Assembly: GCA_963788195.1 (NCBI GenBank)
Contig: CAWBGA010000013.1
Coordinates: forward strand, 96,001-160,000
DNA length: 64,000 nt
DNA from: Nitrospirota bacterium
GTDB lineage: Bacteria; Nitrospirota; Nitrospiria; Nitrospirales; NS-4
Reading direction: 5' to 3'
Shown: one piece after another, positions 1 to 11,649 of the stretch
Layout of the letters: the number at the start of each line of letters is the position of its first letter
Position numbering within the stretch: position 1 is the stretch's first letter
Made by a program: the position numbers and the translations under genes
The notes under the pieces: generated by a model
The model's database searches: none
Seen by the model: only the letters and a program-made list of their open reading frames with translations
Told to the model about the DNA's origin: nothing

Positions 1-255
1 TCCGGTCGAGGCATGACACGCCAGGGATTCTGGAAACTCCTCGGCCGCTATGGCCGGTCCGCGGGAATTGGGCGCCGCATCTCGCCGCACGTGTTGCGTC
101 ACTCTTTTGCGACCCATCTTTTAGAGGGCGGCGCGGACCTGCGAGTGGTCCAGACGCTGCTTGGACACGCCGACATCGCGACGACGCAAATCTACACACG
201 GGTTGAGCGCGAGCGCCTCAAGAAACTCCATAGCCAACACCATCCTCGGGGGTAA
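1..255 (+). CDS. xerD: Tyrosine recombinase XerD, C-terminal part (5' end outside window)
   Basis: [46 protein letters not shown] and a C-terminal HHPRG, all typical of XerD. Confidence 0.9.
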   Translation, partial: SGRGMTRQGFWKLLGRYGRSAGIGRRISPHVLRHSFATHLLEGGADLRVVQTLLGHADIATTQIYTRVERERLKKLHSQHHPRG

Positions 256-282
256 AACTAGTTATGGAGAGGGAGGTTTTCA

Positions 283-311
283 TTGACAGTCGAAGCTGAA
301 CTTGGTAGATT
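283..311 (+). promoter_or_regulatory. Sigma70-type promoter for the tRNA pair
   Basis: TTGACA(283-288)-17 bp-TAGATT(306-311), 40 bp upstream of tRNA-Val. Confidence 0.65.
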
Positions 312-350
312 CGCTAAACTGCTTTGGCGGTAGCGAATACGATAACATTC

Positions 351-427
351 GGGCGGATAGCTCAGCTGGTCAGAGCGCTGCCCTTACAAGGCAGAGGTCA
401 CAGGTTCGACCCCTGTTCCGCCTACCA
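351..427 (+). tRNA. tRNA-Val(TAC)
   Basis: Cloverleaf GGGCGGA...TCCGCCT-A-CCA; anticodon arm CTGCC-CT TAC AA-GGCAG; T-loop GGTTCGACCC. Confidence 0.97.
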
Positions 428-452
428 CGGTATATAAAAAGACTTTGTTTTC

Positions 453-531
453 GGGGCCGTCGTTCAGCCTGGTTTAGGACGCCAGATTGTCAATCTGGAA
501 GTCGCGGGTTCAAATCCCGTCGGCCCCGCCA
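453..531 (+). tRNA. tRNA-Asp(GTC)
   Basis: GGGGCCG...CGGCCCC-G-CCA; anticodon arm CCAGA-TT GTC AA-TCTGG; T-loop GGTTCAAATCC. Confidence 0.96.
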
Positions 532-582
532 TTTACCACCGCCGCAGGCTAACGTGGCAATGTAAGAGGTTTCACTCACACG

Positions 583-1302
583 ATGCTTTTTCGTTCAGGT
601 CTGATCGGGTTACTCTCCTCTCTCAGTTTAGTTTCGAAGGTTGTCCTCGTCGTTCTGCTTGGTTTCTCGATCGTATCGTGGGCCTTAATCCTCTATAAAT
701 GGCGCTTCTTCCGTGATCAAGAAGCCGCGGACCAGCGTTTTCTGCGGGTCTTTGAGAAAATGGATGATCCTGTCGAAGCCTTCCGAAAGGTCGACCGACA
801 CCGGAACAGCGGGGTGGCCTCGGTCTATGCAGAAGTGGCGAAGTGCTACCAGGTTATGGGGAACGGGGCGGTCACCGGCCGGCGGATTCCTCCGGCGCCG
901 GAGGACATTGACAAAACCCCCACGCAGCATTATCTCGAACGAGTTCTCGGTCATGCCATACAGGAACAGATCAGTCGTAACGAAACGTATCTGCCGTTTC
1001 TAGCCACGACAGGCAATATTACGCCGTTTATAGGCTTGCTGGGCACAGTCCTCGGGATCATCGATGCCTTTCGGGAGATCGGTATTCAGGGAACCGCAAG
1101 CATCGGAGCTGTGGCGCCGGGTGTCGCAGAAGCGCTGGTGGCGACGGCCGCCGGACTGTTCGCGGCGATTCCCGCAGTCATCGCGTACAATTATTTTTTG
1201 GGTCGGGTGCGTAGGCAGGCCTCGCGGATGGAGCGTTTTGGCATCGACTGGATGAATGTGCTGGAAAGCCGACGCGCGAGAGAGGCAATGAGACGACCAT
1301 GA
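583..1302 (+). CDS. tolQ: TolQ (MotA/TolQ/ExbB proton channel)
   Basis: FLATTGNITPFIGLLGTVLGI and VAPGVAEALVATAAGLFAAIPAVIAYN motifs; first gene of the tol-pal cluster. Confidence 0.92.
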   Translation: MLFRSGLIGLLSSLSLVSKVVLVVLLGFSIVSWALILYKWRFFRDQEAADQRFLRVFEKMDDPVEAFRKVDRHRNSGVASVYAEVAKCYQVMGNGAVTGRRIPPAPEDIDKTPTQHYLERVLGHAIQEQISRNETYLPFLATTGNITPFIGLLGTVLGIIDAFREIGIQGTASIGAVAPGVAEALVATAAGLFAAIPAVIAYNYFLGRVRRQASRMERFGIDWMNVLESRRAREAMRRP

Positions 1303-1723
1303 TCGAGACCGCGCGCCCGCGCTTCATGTCAGAGATCAACGTCGTGCCGCTGGTGGATGTGGTCCTTGTCCTGCTGGTCATCTTCATGGTGACAGCGCCG
1401 ATGCTCTATCGCGGGCTGGATATCAATCTTCCACGAACAGCGACGAACACGATCAAGCCGGAACAGCGGGTTGTGGTCACGGTGGAACGCAATCACCGGG
1501 TCTTATGTGGACAAGGAGGCGCTGCTCGCTGATGGAGCTTCAGCCCCGTCTGCATTCCCTGCGAGTAAGCAATCCCGAGGTATCCGTGTTTCTGCGCGCA
1601 GATCGGGACGTTCCGTATGGAATCGTCGTACAGGTTATGGACGCAATCAAAAAGGCGGGGATTGATAAACTGGGCATGGTGACGGACCCCCTTCAGGCCG
1701 AGCGTGTCGGCAGAGAGGGGTAG
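1299..1723 (+). CDS. tolR: TolR/ExbD, split by indel(s) near 1500-1530
   Basis: SEINVVPLVDVVLVLLVIFMVTAP in ORF 1299; VFLRADRDVPYGIVVQVMDAIKKAGIDKLGMVT in ORF 1505. Confidence 0.88.
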
Positions 1724-3113
1724 ATGAGCTGGTTTCAACGTATGGACACGAGCGCCCCCATGGCGATCGGAATCCCTCCTGATATACGCCGTACTGCCGT
1801 CGTTTCGCTCGTGGGGCATCTGATGCTCTTGCTGGTCCTGGCAGCCATGCCCCTTATGAAACTACCGGCTCGAGACGCCGGTTCCTATCAAGTCGTACTC
1901 ATTTCGCCCGCTTCCGTGCGTCAGGCGACCAAGCACATCCAGCCTGCGCCCGCCTCCCAGGTTCCGAAGCCGTCCCCAACGCCTCCGCTCCAGAAAAAGG
2001 ACGCGCCATCACCGGTGAAACCCGAGATCCCGGTGCCCCCCGTTGAAAAATTGGCCGTGCGCGCGCCGCAGCCGCTCCCCAAGACAAGTTTCTCTGCTGT
2101 CCGGCCTGAGCCTGTAGCACCGACGCCGCCGCCAGCGCTGCCGAAACCTGAGCGGCTGACGGACCTGCTTCAGCAAAACATGCGGGAGATCGCGGTACCG
2201 AAGGAAGTTGCACCGGCCTCACCTCAAATTCCACAGACGCCCCGAGTCCCAAAAGCGGTCAAAAACATCGATCCTGTACAGACTCCGCAGGCGCCTCCTC
2301 TGTTGGAGGCATTCCACCGTCCCGATGTTCCGGCGGATTCGATTCCGCCTAAGGTGTCGCCGATACAGCTCCCTCGACAGGAGGTTTCTTCGAAACCTGC
2401 CTCTGACAGGGCGCTCATGGAGGCGCTTAAAAAGGCGGAGGAAACGCTTAATAAACCTGTCGCACAGGCTTCTGCCACGCCCAGTATGGCTGCCGCGTCG
2501 TCGAAGCCTTCGCGGACATCGGAAGAGGTCATGCGCGAGCTGAATCAACTGTCGGTGCCGAAAGCGCTGGGGCCGGTTACGCCCTCTCCCAAGGAAACCG
2601 AACGGGCGCAGCCTGCGGCCCCGCAGCCATCCTTCCGTGACGAAGTGACACGGATGCTCGCGCACGCCCGCCCTGTTCCGTCTCTTGAGACGCAGGTGCG
2701 GCCTCCAGCGACGAACCCCAGCGCGCCTGAGACGCCCGCCCGTCCGGAGTCGGCTGTGGCTGCGGCCGGCTCGAGTCGTGCCGCGACCCTGGAACGCTGT
2801 CCACCCAAGGCGAAGCACTATTGCCCCGTGCTCGAAGCCGCGATCAACCGGCTTTGGAATGCCGACTATAATCCTGACTCTGCGGCGGATGCTGGAATCA
2901 GCGGGAGATTCGGCCACCTTGATGATGATCGAAATTCGTCCCGATGGGATCATCCAGAACATTGCAGTGCATGAATCTTCAGGCAATAAGGGTTATGACC
3001 TGGCGATCCAGAGCCTACTGCGGGAACAAAAACAATTTCCGCCCTTGCCGGAAGAATTAAAGGGCGAGAATTTCAAGGCGATCACGACTTTCAAATACAT
3101 TCGGAAAACTTGA
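1724..3113 (+). CDS. TolA/TonB-like energy transducer, frameshift near 2880
   Basis: N-terminal TM with SLVGH, a long Pro-rich linker, and a TonB_C-like end (IEIRPDGIIQNIAVHESSGNKGYD...FPPLPEE) in a second frame. Confidence 0.75.
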
Positions 3114-3117
3114 GCCT

Positions 3118-4443
3118 GTGGGATTCATGAACATAACAGCGCGCCCAATCCTGCTAGGGTTCACATTCGTTTGTGCGGCGCTCATAGTCGCTGCGCTGCT
3201 TTTGCCGTCGGGGGCTGTCGAGGTCTTTCTTGACGCCACCCGCGGTGAGATCAAGAAAATCCCGATCGCCGTATTCACTTTCAAGGAGAATGTGCGTTTG
3301 GACGGCGAGAACCTGACCGATGTCCTGAAGGCGGATCTTCGACGCTCCTTGCTCTTTGAGGTGCCCGACCTGAAAGCCATAGGTGTCAAGCAGGAATCGA
3401 ACTCGCGTCCCCCGGAGGATGCTATTCGTAAAGCCGGCGACGCCGGCCTGTCCGTGCAAGTGTGGGGAGGTTTTTCTCCGAAGGGAACAGAGGCCGTGCT
3501 GGAAGGCACGCTGTACGACTACCCGCGTCGGGATGAGGTGGGGGGAAAACGCTATGTCGGTCCTCCCAGCATGGCGCGCACAATGATGCACCGCTTCGCG
3601 GACGAACTCGTCTTTCAATACACGGGCGAGCAGGGCATTGCCCGCAGTTGGATTGCATTCGTGTCGGAAGTGGAGTCCGGCAAGGAACTGTTTTTAATGG
3701 ATTATGACGGGTATCATCCCCGGCGGCTCACGTATGATGCGTCCTTAAACTTGGCGCCCGCGTGGTCCCCGGACAAGCGGCGCCTGGCTTTTGTCTCGTA
3801 CCGAAACGGCGATGATCCGCAGATCGAGGAACTGAATCTCGCCACCGGCCGCCGACGGACACTCGTGTCATTTCCCAGTATGAATATCACGCCGGAATGG
3901 TCACCGGCGGGAAACGAATTGGCTTTCGCCACCACCAAGGACGGCAATTCGGAAATCTACCGGATGGACGTGTCGGGAAAGAGGTTCGAGCGGCTTACCG
4001 AGAACCGCGCTGCGGATCTGGCGCCGACATGGTCACCGACCGGCCGGGAAATCGCTTTCATTTCGGACCGCGGCGGCAGCCCGCAGATCTACCTGATGAC
4101 CTCCGACGGTTCGAACGTGCGGCGATTGACTTACGAAGGCAGCTACAATACGGCCCCGGCGTGGTCGCCCAAGGGGAACTGGATCGCGTATGTCTGCCGG
4201 GATGAGCGTAGGCTCCTCAAGATCTGTATCATCAGTCCCGATGGACAACAAGTCCGTCATTTGACCGGCGGCAACGGTAATGATGAGTCTCCTTCTTGGG
4301 CGGCTGACGGGCGCCACATTGCATTCAGTTCGACCCGCCACGGTCGCCGGGACATCTATATGATGACATTGGAAGGAACCGAGGTGGAGCGTCTGACTAC
4401 GAATGGATCGTCCAATGACGATCCTTCCTGGTCGGTCCCCTGA
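3118..4443 (+). CDS. tolB: TolB periplasmic beta-propeller
   Basis: KIPIAV N-domain, HRFADE, repeated PD40 P(A/E/T)WSP motifs. Confidence 0.93.
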   Translation: MGFMNITARPILLGFTFVCAALIVAALLLPSGAVEVFLDATRGEIKKIPIAVFTFKENVRLDGENLTDVLKADLRRSLLFEVPDLKAIGVKQESNSRPPEDAIRKAGDAGLSVQVWGGFSPKGTEAVLEGTLYDYPRRDEVGGKRYVGPPSMARTMMHRFADELVFQYTGEQGIARSWIAFVSEVESGKELFLMDYDGYHPRRLTYDASLNLAPAWSPDKRRLAFVSYRNGDDPQIEELNLATGRRRTLVSFPSMNITPEWSPAGNELAFATTKDGNSEIYRMDVSGKRFERLTENRAADLAPTWSPTGREIAFISDRGGSPQIYLMTSDGSNVRRLTYEGSYNTAPAWSPKGNWIAYVCRDERRLLKICIISPDGQQVRHLTGGNGNDESPSWAADGRHIAFSSTRHGRRDIYMMTLEGTEVERLTTNGSSNDDPSWSVP

Positions 4444-4483
4444 GCAGATGAGTGACAACGACAGCGAGGAGGAGATCAGAGGT

Positions 4484-5395
4484 ATGGTAAGGCGAAGCGC
4501 GATGTCAATGCAGTGGGTGATTGTGATCAGCTTAGTGGGCGTTCTGGCGATGGGCGGGTGTGCCAAGAAGAATGTCGCGGCGACGTCGACGGGAGCGGAA
4601 GGACGGCAGGGGCCTTCGAAAACGAAGGTCGCCGGGGGTCCTAAATCAGATGCAACCAGGCAACCGAGATTCAGGCGACCTAGGAAGGTCCGATAGTCCG
4701 GGATCGGGGAGGTCTGGACTCGGGGGCTCCGAACTCGAGCCCTCTCCGGGAGACCTTCGATCCGGCGGCGGAGACGCCCGAGCGTCCCTCGGCAGAAGAG
4801 GCGACTCATCCGGCGCGGAACTGATCTGCCGGGTTCCGACCAGTCGGCCAGGAGCGATACAGGATCAAAAGACCCGTCTGCCGGGGGATCGGAGTCTCCG
4901 GGTCGCTCCACTGAGTCGCTTGGGCCGATTGGAAGCGGGCCCCTTCAAGGGTTTAGCAAGGCGCCGGGCGATGAACGTCTAGGCGAATCATCGCCCTTGA
5001 TGATAGCCAAGGCGGCCCCTGATGAAGCTGACAGCCGCAAAGCGCGCGAGGATAGACGCCGGGAGTTGGCGGACATTTACTTTGCCTTTGACAAGTGGGT
5101 GCTCTCCAGCGAGGGGAAAAAAAACCTGTCGGAAAGCGCGGCGTTTTTGAAACAAAATCCGGAGGCCAAGCTCGTGATCGAAGGCTACTGCGATGAGCGG
5201 GGCAGCCGGGAGTATAATTTGGTCTTAGGGGAAAAGCGGGCAAAGGAAACGCGTAAGTTTCTGGCCGATCTCGGGATTCAGAACCCTGTCAGCGTGACCA
5301 GCTATGGCAAGGAACGGCAGGTCTGCGCCGAACGCGATGAGTCGTGCTATTGGAAAAACCGGCGCGCGCATCTTGTCATTGAAGAGGGGAAATAA
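4484..5395 (+). CDS. pal: Pal/OmpA-domain lipoprotein with long Gly/Ser linker (frameshifts in linker)
   Basis: Lipobox LAMGGC after ATG 4484; OmpA_C domain DIYFAFDK...IEGYCDERGSREYNLVLGEKRA...SYGKE...NRR at 4997-5395. Confidence 0.8.
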
Positions 5396-7199
5396 GTGAG
5401 ACACCGTCTTCCTGGAGCCGTACCTTACCTGTGTCTCTTGGTGATCGCGGCGACCCTGAGCGCCTGCGCGACCGGCCATGAGCTGCGGGAGACCTCGAAG
5501 AAGTTCGAAGACCAGACAGAGACCGTGCGAAGCTCCTTGGACAGCAAGATCGAGCAACTCAAGCGGACCCAGGTCGCGGCCGAGAAGAATCTTGCGAAAC
5601 TGGAACAGCTGATCGAAGAAAACAAGCGTGAGCAGACTCAGACCCGGGAATTGGCAGCCAAGCTGAACAGCGATGTGCGCGGCTTTCGTGAAATGGATCT
5701 CACCAAAGTCGAGGGGCGTATCGAGCGCGCGAAGCGTGACATTGAGGCGTTACAGGGAAAGGTTGAAGATCAAGTCAGCAGTTTGCAGCAAAACGCACAG
5801 CAGTGGCTGGCAACCTTGGATCAAAAGCAGTCGGCGAAGCTGGATCAGCAGGTCACGAAGGTGGACCAACAGGTGGCCAAGGTGGAAGCCCGCTTGGAGG
5901 GTCTCGACAAACGCGAAGCCGTGGCCTCCCGACGCATCGAGGAAACCTTGACGACGCTCGGAAAGAAAATCGATGAACGGTTAGGGCCGCAAGAGGCGCG
6001 GATAAAGAAGCTGGAAGACGATCAGCGCGCGGCGACCACCAAGTTCACCACCCATTTAGGGGAGGTGGATAAGAATCTTGCGCAGATCAGCGATACCGTG
6101 AAGACCGTCGGCGCCAAGCTGTCCACGCAACTTGAGCAGCAAGGCGGATCGCTCGGCAAGCTCGAGGAAGCCACGAAACAGGAGGATGCGCAGTTACGCA
6201 CGCTCGCTCCCAGAGTCGATCAACTAAAGTCGTCGCTCGGAGAACTGGCGAAGGTTCTCCACACGCTGACGGAGAAATCAAGTGAGATTGACCGTCGCGT
6301 CACGGAACTCAGCGGTCAGACCGAGGGCAAGGTCGGGGCACTTGCGGTTCAGGGAGGCGAGCAGAGCGCCAGGCTGGAGAAACTGGCCAAGCGGCTTGAG
6401 GTCGAAAATCAGGCGGTCTCCGGACATCTCAATACCGTGACCCAGAGCGTGAATGGGTTGGCAAAGTCGCTTGAAGGCGTCCAAGGGCGGGTCGGGGAGC
6501 TGCAGGGCCGTGTCGGAGACGCCTCCCGCCGTCAGGATGACACTCAGGAGGCGCGGATCGACGCCTTGACCAAGAGCCTCAATGAAACGATGACCACTGT
6601 CAATGACACGACGCGCGCCATCGGGGACCTGAAACATGCCTTGGACACATCACTAGGGAAACTTGCGTCCCGTGTTGATGAGCAAGGAGATACGTTAAAC
6701 AAGCTAGCGCTGCAGCAAGGCGTTCGGACAGTGAGCGCCACGCAAGAGAGCCAATCAGCCCGAAGCGCAACCCGGGGTAGACGGCACTGCCAAGCCCGGC
6801 GAGCCGTCCATCGTCACGCCCGGCGTACCAGCAGAAAGCGCATACGAGAAGGCCTACCAGGAGTTTCAGCAAAACCGTCATGAGAGCGCATTAGCGTTGT
6901 TTCAACAGTTCCTGAGTCAGTATCCGGATTCAAACCTTGTACCGAATGCACACTTCTGGATCGCAGAGTGTTACGTGAAGAAACGCGACTATCAGAGAAG
7001 CCTTACGGCCTACGAGCAAGTCATTCGAAACCATCCGAAGAGCGGCAAGGCCTCGATTGCTCTCTATCGCAAGGCCCTGGTTCTCCTGGAACTGAACGAT
7101 AAACCGGCGGCGAAGACGGCGCTCAAGCGACTGATCACGGATTACCCTAGGTCTGAGGAATCCAAACAGGCTCGAATAAAGCTGGGGAGCTTGCAATGA
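5396..7199 (+). CDS. Lipoprotein with very long coiled coil and C-terminal CpoB/YbgF-like TPR domain (frameshift near 6770-6790)
   Basis: Lipobox LSAC; about 430 aa of heptad-rich sequence; TPR FQQFLSQYPDSNLVPNAHFWIAECY...ALYRKALV...YPRSEE in ORF 6897-7199. Confidence 0.75.
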
Positions 7200-7986
7200 G
7201 GACGTTCCCACTGGTTGTGGTGGCCATGGTGCTGTGCAGTTGCGTGCCGACTGCGGATTTCACGGAACTCCGGGAGGATGTTCGGGAGGTGCAAGCCGAG
7301 AACAAGAAGCTCAGACAGACCGAGGCGGAGTTAAGAAAACGTCTGGAAGCGGCAGACCGCAATCCGCTGCCGGCAATCACGCGTCAAGCGCCTGGAGACC
7401 TTGGAGACGGCGATCGGTGATCTCAAAACGAAATATCAGGCGGTGGATCAGCGGCTTTCGTCTCTCGCTGGCACAAATTGAAGAGAATGCCCGGCAGGCC
7501 ACTGAGTCGCCTTCTCGGCCGCCCGAGGATTTTGCAACGAAGCTGACGCCCAAGCCGCAGCCTCCCGCTGCGAAGGTCCCCCAGACGGGCAGCTTTGACA
7601 ATCAGACGGTACTGACGCCCACGGCCTCCTTCAATCTCGCTTACAATGACTACCTCAAAGGCAATTATGACCTCGCCGTGGCCGGATTTGAGAGCTTTCT
7701 TCGTCAATTTCCCACGACCAGCCTCGCGGCGCACGCCCAGTATTGGATTGGGGAATCGTACTCCAATAAGCGAGAGTACCGGTCCGCCGTGGATGCCTAT
7801 GAGCGCGTGGTCAATAATTATCCGAAGAGTGACAAGGTTCCCATCGCCCTGTATAAGGCCGGGGCCGGCTACGCTGAGCTCGCGGATCTTTCGAAGGCCC
7901 GCAGCCTGTTAAAACGCGTGATCGAAGAGCATCCCCAATCCGACGAAGCGGCGCGCGCAAAGCAAAAGCTCGCCGATCTTCGATGA
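7196..7986 (+). CDS. cpoB: CpoB/YbgF tol-pal protein (frameshifts about 7385-7470)
   Basis: Lipobox [32 protein letters not shown]...AQYWIGESY...[15 protein letters not shown]. Confidence 0.8.
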
Positions 7987-9770
7987 GTTCAAAGATCGCG
8001 GTGCTGCCGCTCGAGGTCGCGAATCGAATCGCGGCCGGCGAAGTCGTGGAGCGGCCTTCCTCCGCGGTCAAAGAGCTTGTTGAGAACGCCATTGACGCGG
8101 GGGCCGCGCGGATTACCGTCGACGTCGCCGAGGCCGGGCGGCGGCACATACGCGTCACGGACGACGGCGAAGGCATGACGCCAGGCCGACGCCGCGCGCG
8201 CATTCCTACGCCACGCCACAAGTAAAATCAGAACCGACGCTGACCTCTTCACGATTCGCTCCCTGGGCTTTCGGGGCGAGGCCCTTCCGAGTATCGCCGC
8301 GGTCTCCCGCATACGGCTCGTAACGGCGGCCATGGGCGCTTCTTGCGGCACGGAACTTCGTCTTGAGGGGGGCTCGATCAAGGAAGAGCGCGATGCTCCC
8401 GCGCCGCCGGGGACGACTATCGAGGTCGCCGATCTTTTCTATAACACCCCGGCCCGCAAGAAATTTCTCAAGAGTCCGGCGACCGAGTTCGGACACATTT
8501 GCCAGATCGTCCAGAGGCTCGCGCTCGGTTTTCCCAACATCCACTTTCGCCTGGTGCACAACGGCGGATCGGCAATGGAGTTCCCGCCGGCGCGTTCAGC
8601 ACGAGAGCGGATCCAGCAGGTCTACGGGCTTTCGCTCGTGGAGCGTTGTGTTGACGTCGCCGACGAGGACGAGGGGCTGCGTCTGGAAGGAGTCTCGTCG
8701 AGGCCCTTGGACAGCGGCCTCTCGCGCACGCCACAAGAGATATTGGTGAATCAGCGCTGGATTAAATGCCCGGCGCTGGCGCATGCCGTCTATGAGGCCT
8801 ACGGGACATATCTTGCCAAAGGGAAACATCCGCGGTTTGTGCTTCATCTGACCATCGATCCGCGGGCTCTGGATATGAATGTCCATCCTGCGAAGCGGGA
8901 AGTGCGCTTCTCCAACCAAGAGAGCCTGCATGAGGCGGTTCGCCGCCGGATTCGGGATGCCATTAGCTCTCAAAGCTCCGTTTCAGTCAGTAATATTATT
9001 GGCTTTTCGACAGAGGATGAGGGGATGAGGTTTTCCGAGCGGTCATTGCACCCGCCCACCCAGGCCTCTGCCAAGACAGAGTCCTTTTCCCATGGACACC
9101 CGCGCCAGACACGATCCTTGGTTCCGAAGATGGTGTGGCGGAGGCCGTGCAGCCCTATCTTCCCGCGGTCGAGACGGATGTTCAGCCACTGGGGCAGATT
9201 GCGGAGCGCTACCTTGTCGCTCAGGTCGGCGGTGAACTACAGATTGTCGATCAGCACACCGCGCATGAGCGGGTGCTGTTTGAGCGACTGACCGCCGCAT
9301 TTGCGCAGGGGAATCTCACCTCACAGCAGTCATTGCTGCCGCCGCGCATTGAGGTGTCCGCAAGTGTAGCAGTGGCCATTCGGCAGCATGCCGAGGATCT
9401 TGAGCGCCTGGGGTTCGATGTTGAAGATTTCGGCGGCGGCACGTTTCTCCTGCGGGCCGTCCCGGCTTTGTTGATTCAAAATAACCTGGTCAATCCCGAA
9501 TCTATGCTGCTGGCCGTGATTGAGGATTCGGAGAATGACGTCGCCACAGGGGCATTTAAGGACCGCTTTCATGCGGCGCTGGCTTCCATGGCCTGCCATA
9601 GCGCGGTGCGGTCAGGCCGTCGAATGGAGTCCGCCGAGATCAGACAACTATTGCAAGATTGGCGTGAAGCAGGCCTTCCGAGCACCTGTCCCCATGGTCG
9701 TCGAATCGCCATGCGACTGACAATCGAAGAACTCGACCGCATTTTTGGCCGACAAGGCTGGGCGTCATGA
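7983..9770 (+). CDS. mutL: DNA mismatch repair endonuclease MutL (frameshifts near 8190 and 9130)
   Basis: [53 protein letters not shown] and CPHGR motifs across three frames. Confidence 0.93.
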
Positions 9771-10814
9771 CGGACCGTGAGACTCCCGTAAATACGTTGC
9801 CGGTGATTTTCCTGGTCGGCCCGACAGCGATTGGAAAAAGCCGGGTGGCGATTTTAGTTGCGCAGGCGCTCAAGACCGAGATCCTGACAGCCGATTCCAC
9901 TCAGGTGTACCGCGGCATGGATATCGGGACGGATAAGCCAGGCCCGGCTGATCGAGGCGACGATTCCCCACCTGCTGATCGATCTCGTAGCCCCCGACGA
10001 ACCCTTTAATGCCGGCGAGTTTCGGCGGGCCGCTTTCCGCGAGGTTTGCCGCCTGCATGCGGAAGGCCGCGTGCCACTCGTTGTCGGAGGCTCCGGTCTC
10101 TACGTGCGCACCCTCGCGTACGGTCTGTGGGAAGGTCCTCCCGCGAACTGGGATCTACGCCGCGGATGGCTCGCCGAGGAGGCAACCCAAGGGGAAGGGT
10201 ACCTCTGGGGGCGGTTGGCCGGGGTCGATCCCAAACTGGCGGCAACCCTCCACCCTCGCGACCGTCACAAGATTGTGCGAGGTTTGGAGGTTGCGGTGGA
10301 GACAGGCACGCCGCTCTCGGAATGGCATCAGCGTCACGGTTTTCGAGAGCGCCCGTTCCCTTCGATCATGATCGGATTGACGATGGACCGAGAGGCGCTC
10401 AATCGACGGATTGACGCGCGGGTGCTGCGTGAAATCGAGGACGGTCTTATCGAGGAGACCAGGCAGCTCTTGGACGCGGGGTACGGCGAAGAGTTGGGGT
10501 CCATGAAGGCCCTGGGATATCGACAGATCAGCGGGTATCTCAAGGGACGATACGACTATGACGAAGCGGTCCGGCGCTTACAGCGCGACACCCGGCGCTT
10601 CGCCAAGCGTCAAATGACGTGGTTCCGAGGCGATCCGCACGTGCACTGGTTGACGCTTGACGAGGATGAGACAGCGGAGCATGTTGCGGAACGCGTTCTC
10701 CGGCATCTGGAGGCGGCCGGCGTCTTGGGAGCTTCGCGGGTTGCCTTGAATGATGCGGAGCAAGCCCCAGTCCAGGCCCACGATTGGAGTCATCGGCGGC
10801 AGCGGCTTGTATGA
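9767..10814 (+). CDS. miaA: tRNA dimethylallyltransferase (frameshift near 9955)
   Basis: GPTAIGKS, DSTQVYRGMDIGTDKP, VGGSGLY, ALGYRQ, TRRFAKRQMTWFR. Confidence 0.92.
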
Positions 10815-11628
10815 AATGGAGGGCCTGACGCGCGTACGCGAAGTCCGGGTGACGACGCCCTTCGGCCGACCCTCTGACGCGATGATTGTCGGTGACCTCG
10901 AAGGGGTGCGGGTCGCTTTTCTCTCGCGCCACGGGCGCGGGCACCGGGTGTCCCCGTCGGAGATCAACTACCGCGCGAACATATACGCTCTCAAGAAAAT
11001 CGGCGTTGAGCGTGTCATTTCAGTGAGCGCGGTCGGAAGCATGAAGGAGTCGCTTCAACCGGGCGAGGTCGTGATTCCCGATCAGTTTGTGGATCACACG
11101 AAGCGGCGCGTCAGCACCTTTTTTGAAGGCGGGATCGTTGCGCATGTCGCCCTGGCGGATCCAGTCTGTCCGGACGTCGCTAAGAAGCTTGAGGTGGCCG
11201 TTCGTGACAGCGGCGGAACAGTGCACAGCGGCGGCACTTATCTGTGCATTGAGGGTCCCCAATTTTCGACCCGCGCCGAGTCGTTCCTCTACCGGCAGTG
11301 GGGCGTCGATGTCATCGGAATGACGAACCTTCCTGAAGCAAAACTCGCGCGGGAGGCCGAATTGTGCTATGCCACAATGGCGTTAGTAACAGATTATGAC
11401 TGCTGGCATGCGGCTCATGAGGCAGTCACCGTGGAAGGAATCATTGCGACGCTCAACCGAAATGTCGCGCTTTCCCGGTTGGTCATCCGCACCGTTCTGC
11501 CGTCTCTCATGGGCGCCCGGCCGTGCATGTGCGCCAGCGCGTTGGCTTCCGCTGTGATTACCTCCAAGGTCGCCCCGGGGGTGCGCCGGCGGTTGCATCT
11601 GCTGCTCGGTCAGAGGGCGAAAACGTGA
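10750..11628 (+). CDS. mtnP: S-methyl-5'-thioadenosine phosphorylase
   Basis: IGVIGGSGLY, FLSRHGRGH, INYRANIYA, IEGPQFSTRAES, GMTNLPEAKLAREAE, TDYDCWH. Confidence 0.92.
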   Translation: MMRSKPQSRPTIGVIGGSGLYEMEGLTRVREVRVTTPFGRPSDAMIVGDLEGVRVAFLSRHGRGHRVSPSEINYRANIYALKKIGVERVISVSAVGSMKESLQPGEVVIPDQFVDHTKRRVSTFFEGGIVAHVALADPVCPDVAKKLEVAVRDSGGTVHSGGTYLCIEGPQFSTRAESFLYRQWGVDVIGMTNLPEAKLAREAELCYATMALVTDYDCWHAAHEAVTVEGIIATLNRNVALSRLVIRTVLPSLMGARPCMCASALASAVITSKVAPGVRRRLHLLLGQRAKT

Positions 11629-11649
11629 CATACACAGGATCCCAAAAGA

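Noticed and set aside
1..531. Tyrosine recombinase next to tRNAs as an integrative element boundary
   Set aside because: The sequence matches housekeeping XerD, core tol-pal genes follow, and no duplicated tRNA 3' end was seen.
302..565. 87-aa ORF
   Set aside because: It overlies two tRNA genes, so it is spurious.
7983..9770. Programmed frameshifting or true pseudogenes for mutL and the other split genes
   Set aside because: Breaks occur in many unrelated housekeeping genes with no shared slippery motif. Sequencing error is the simpler explanation.
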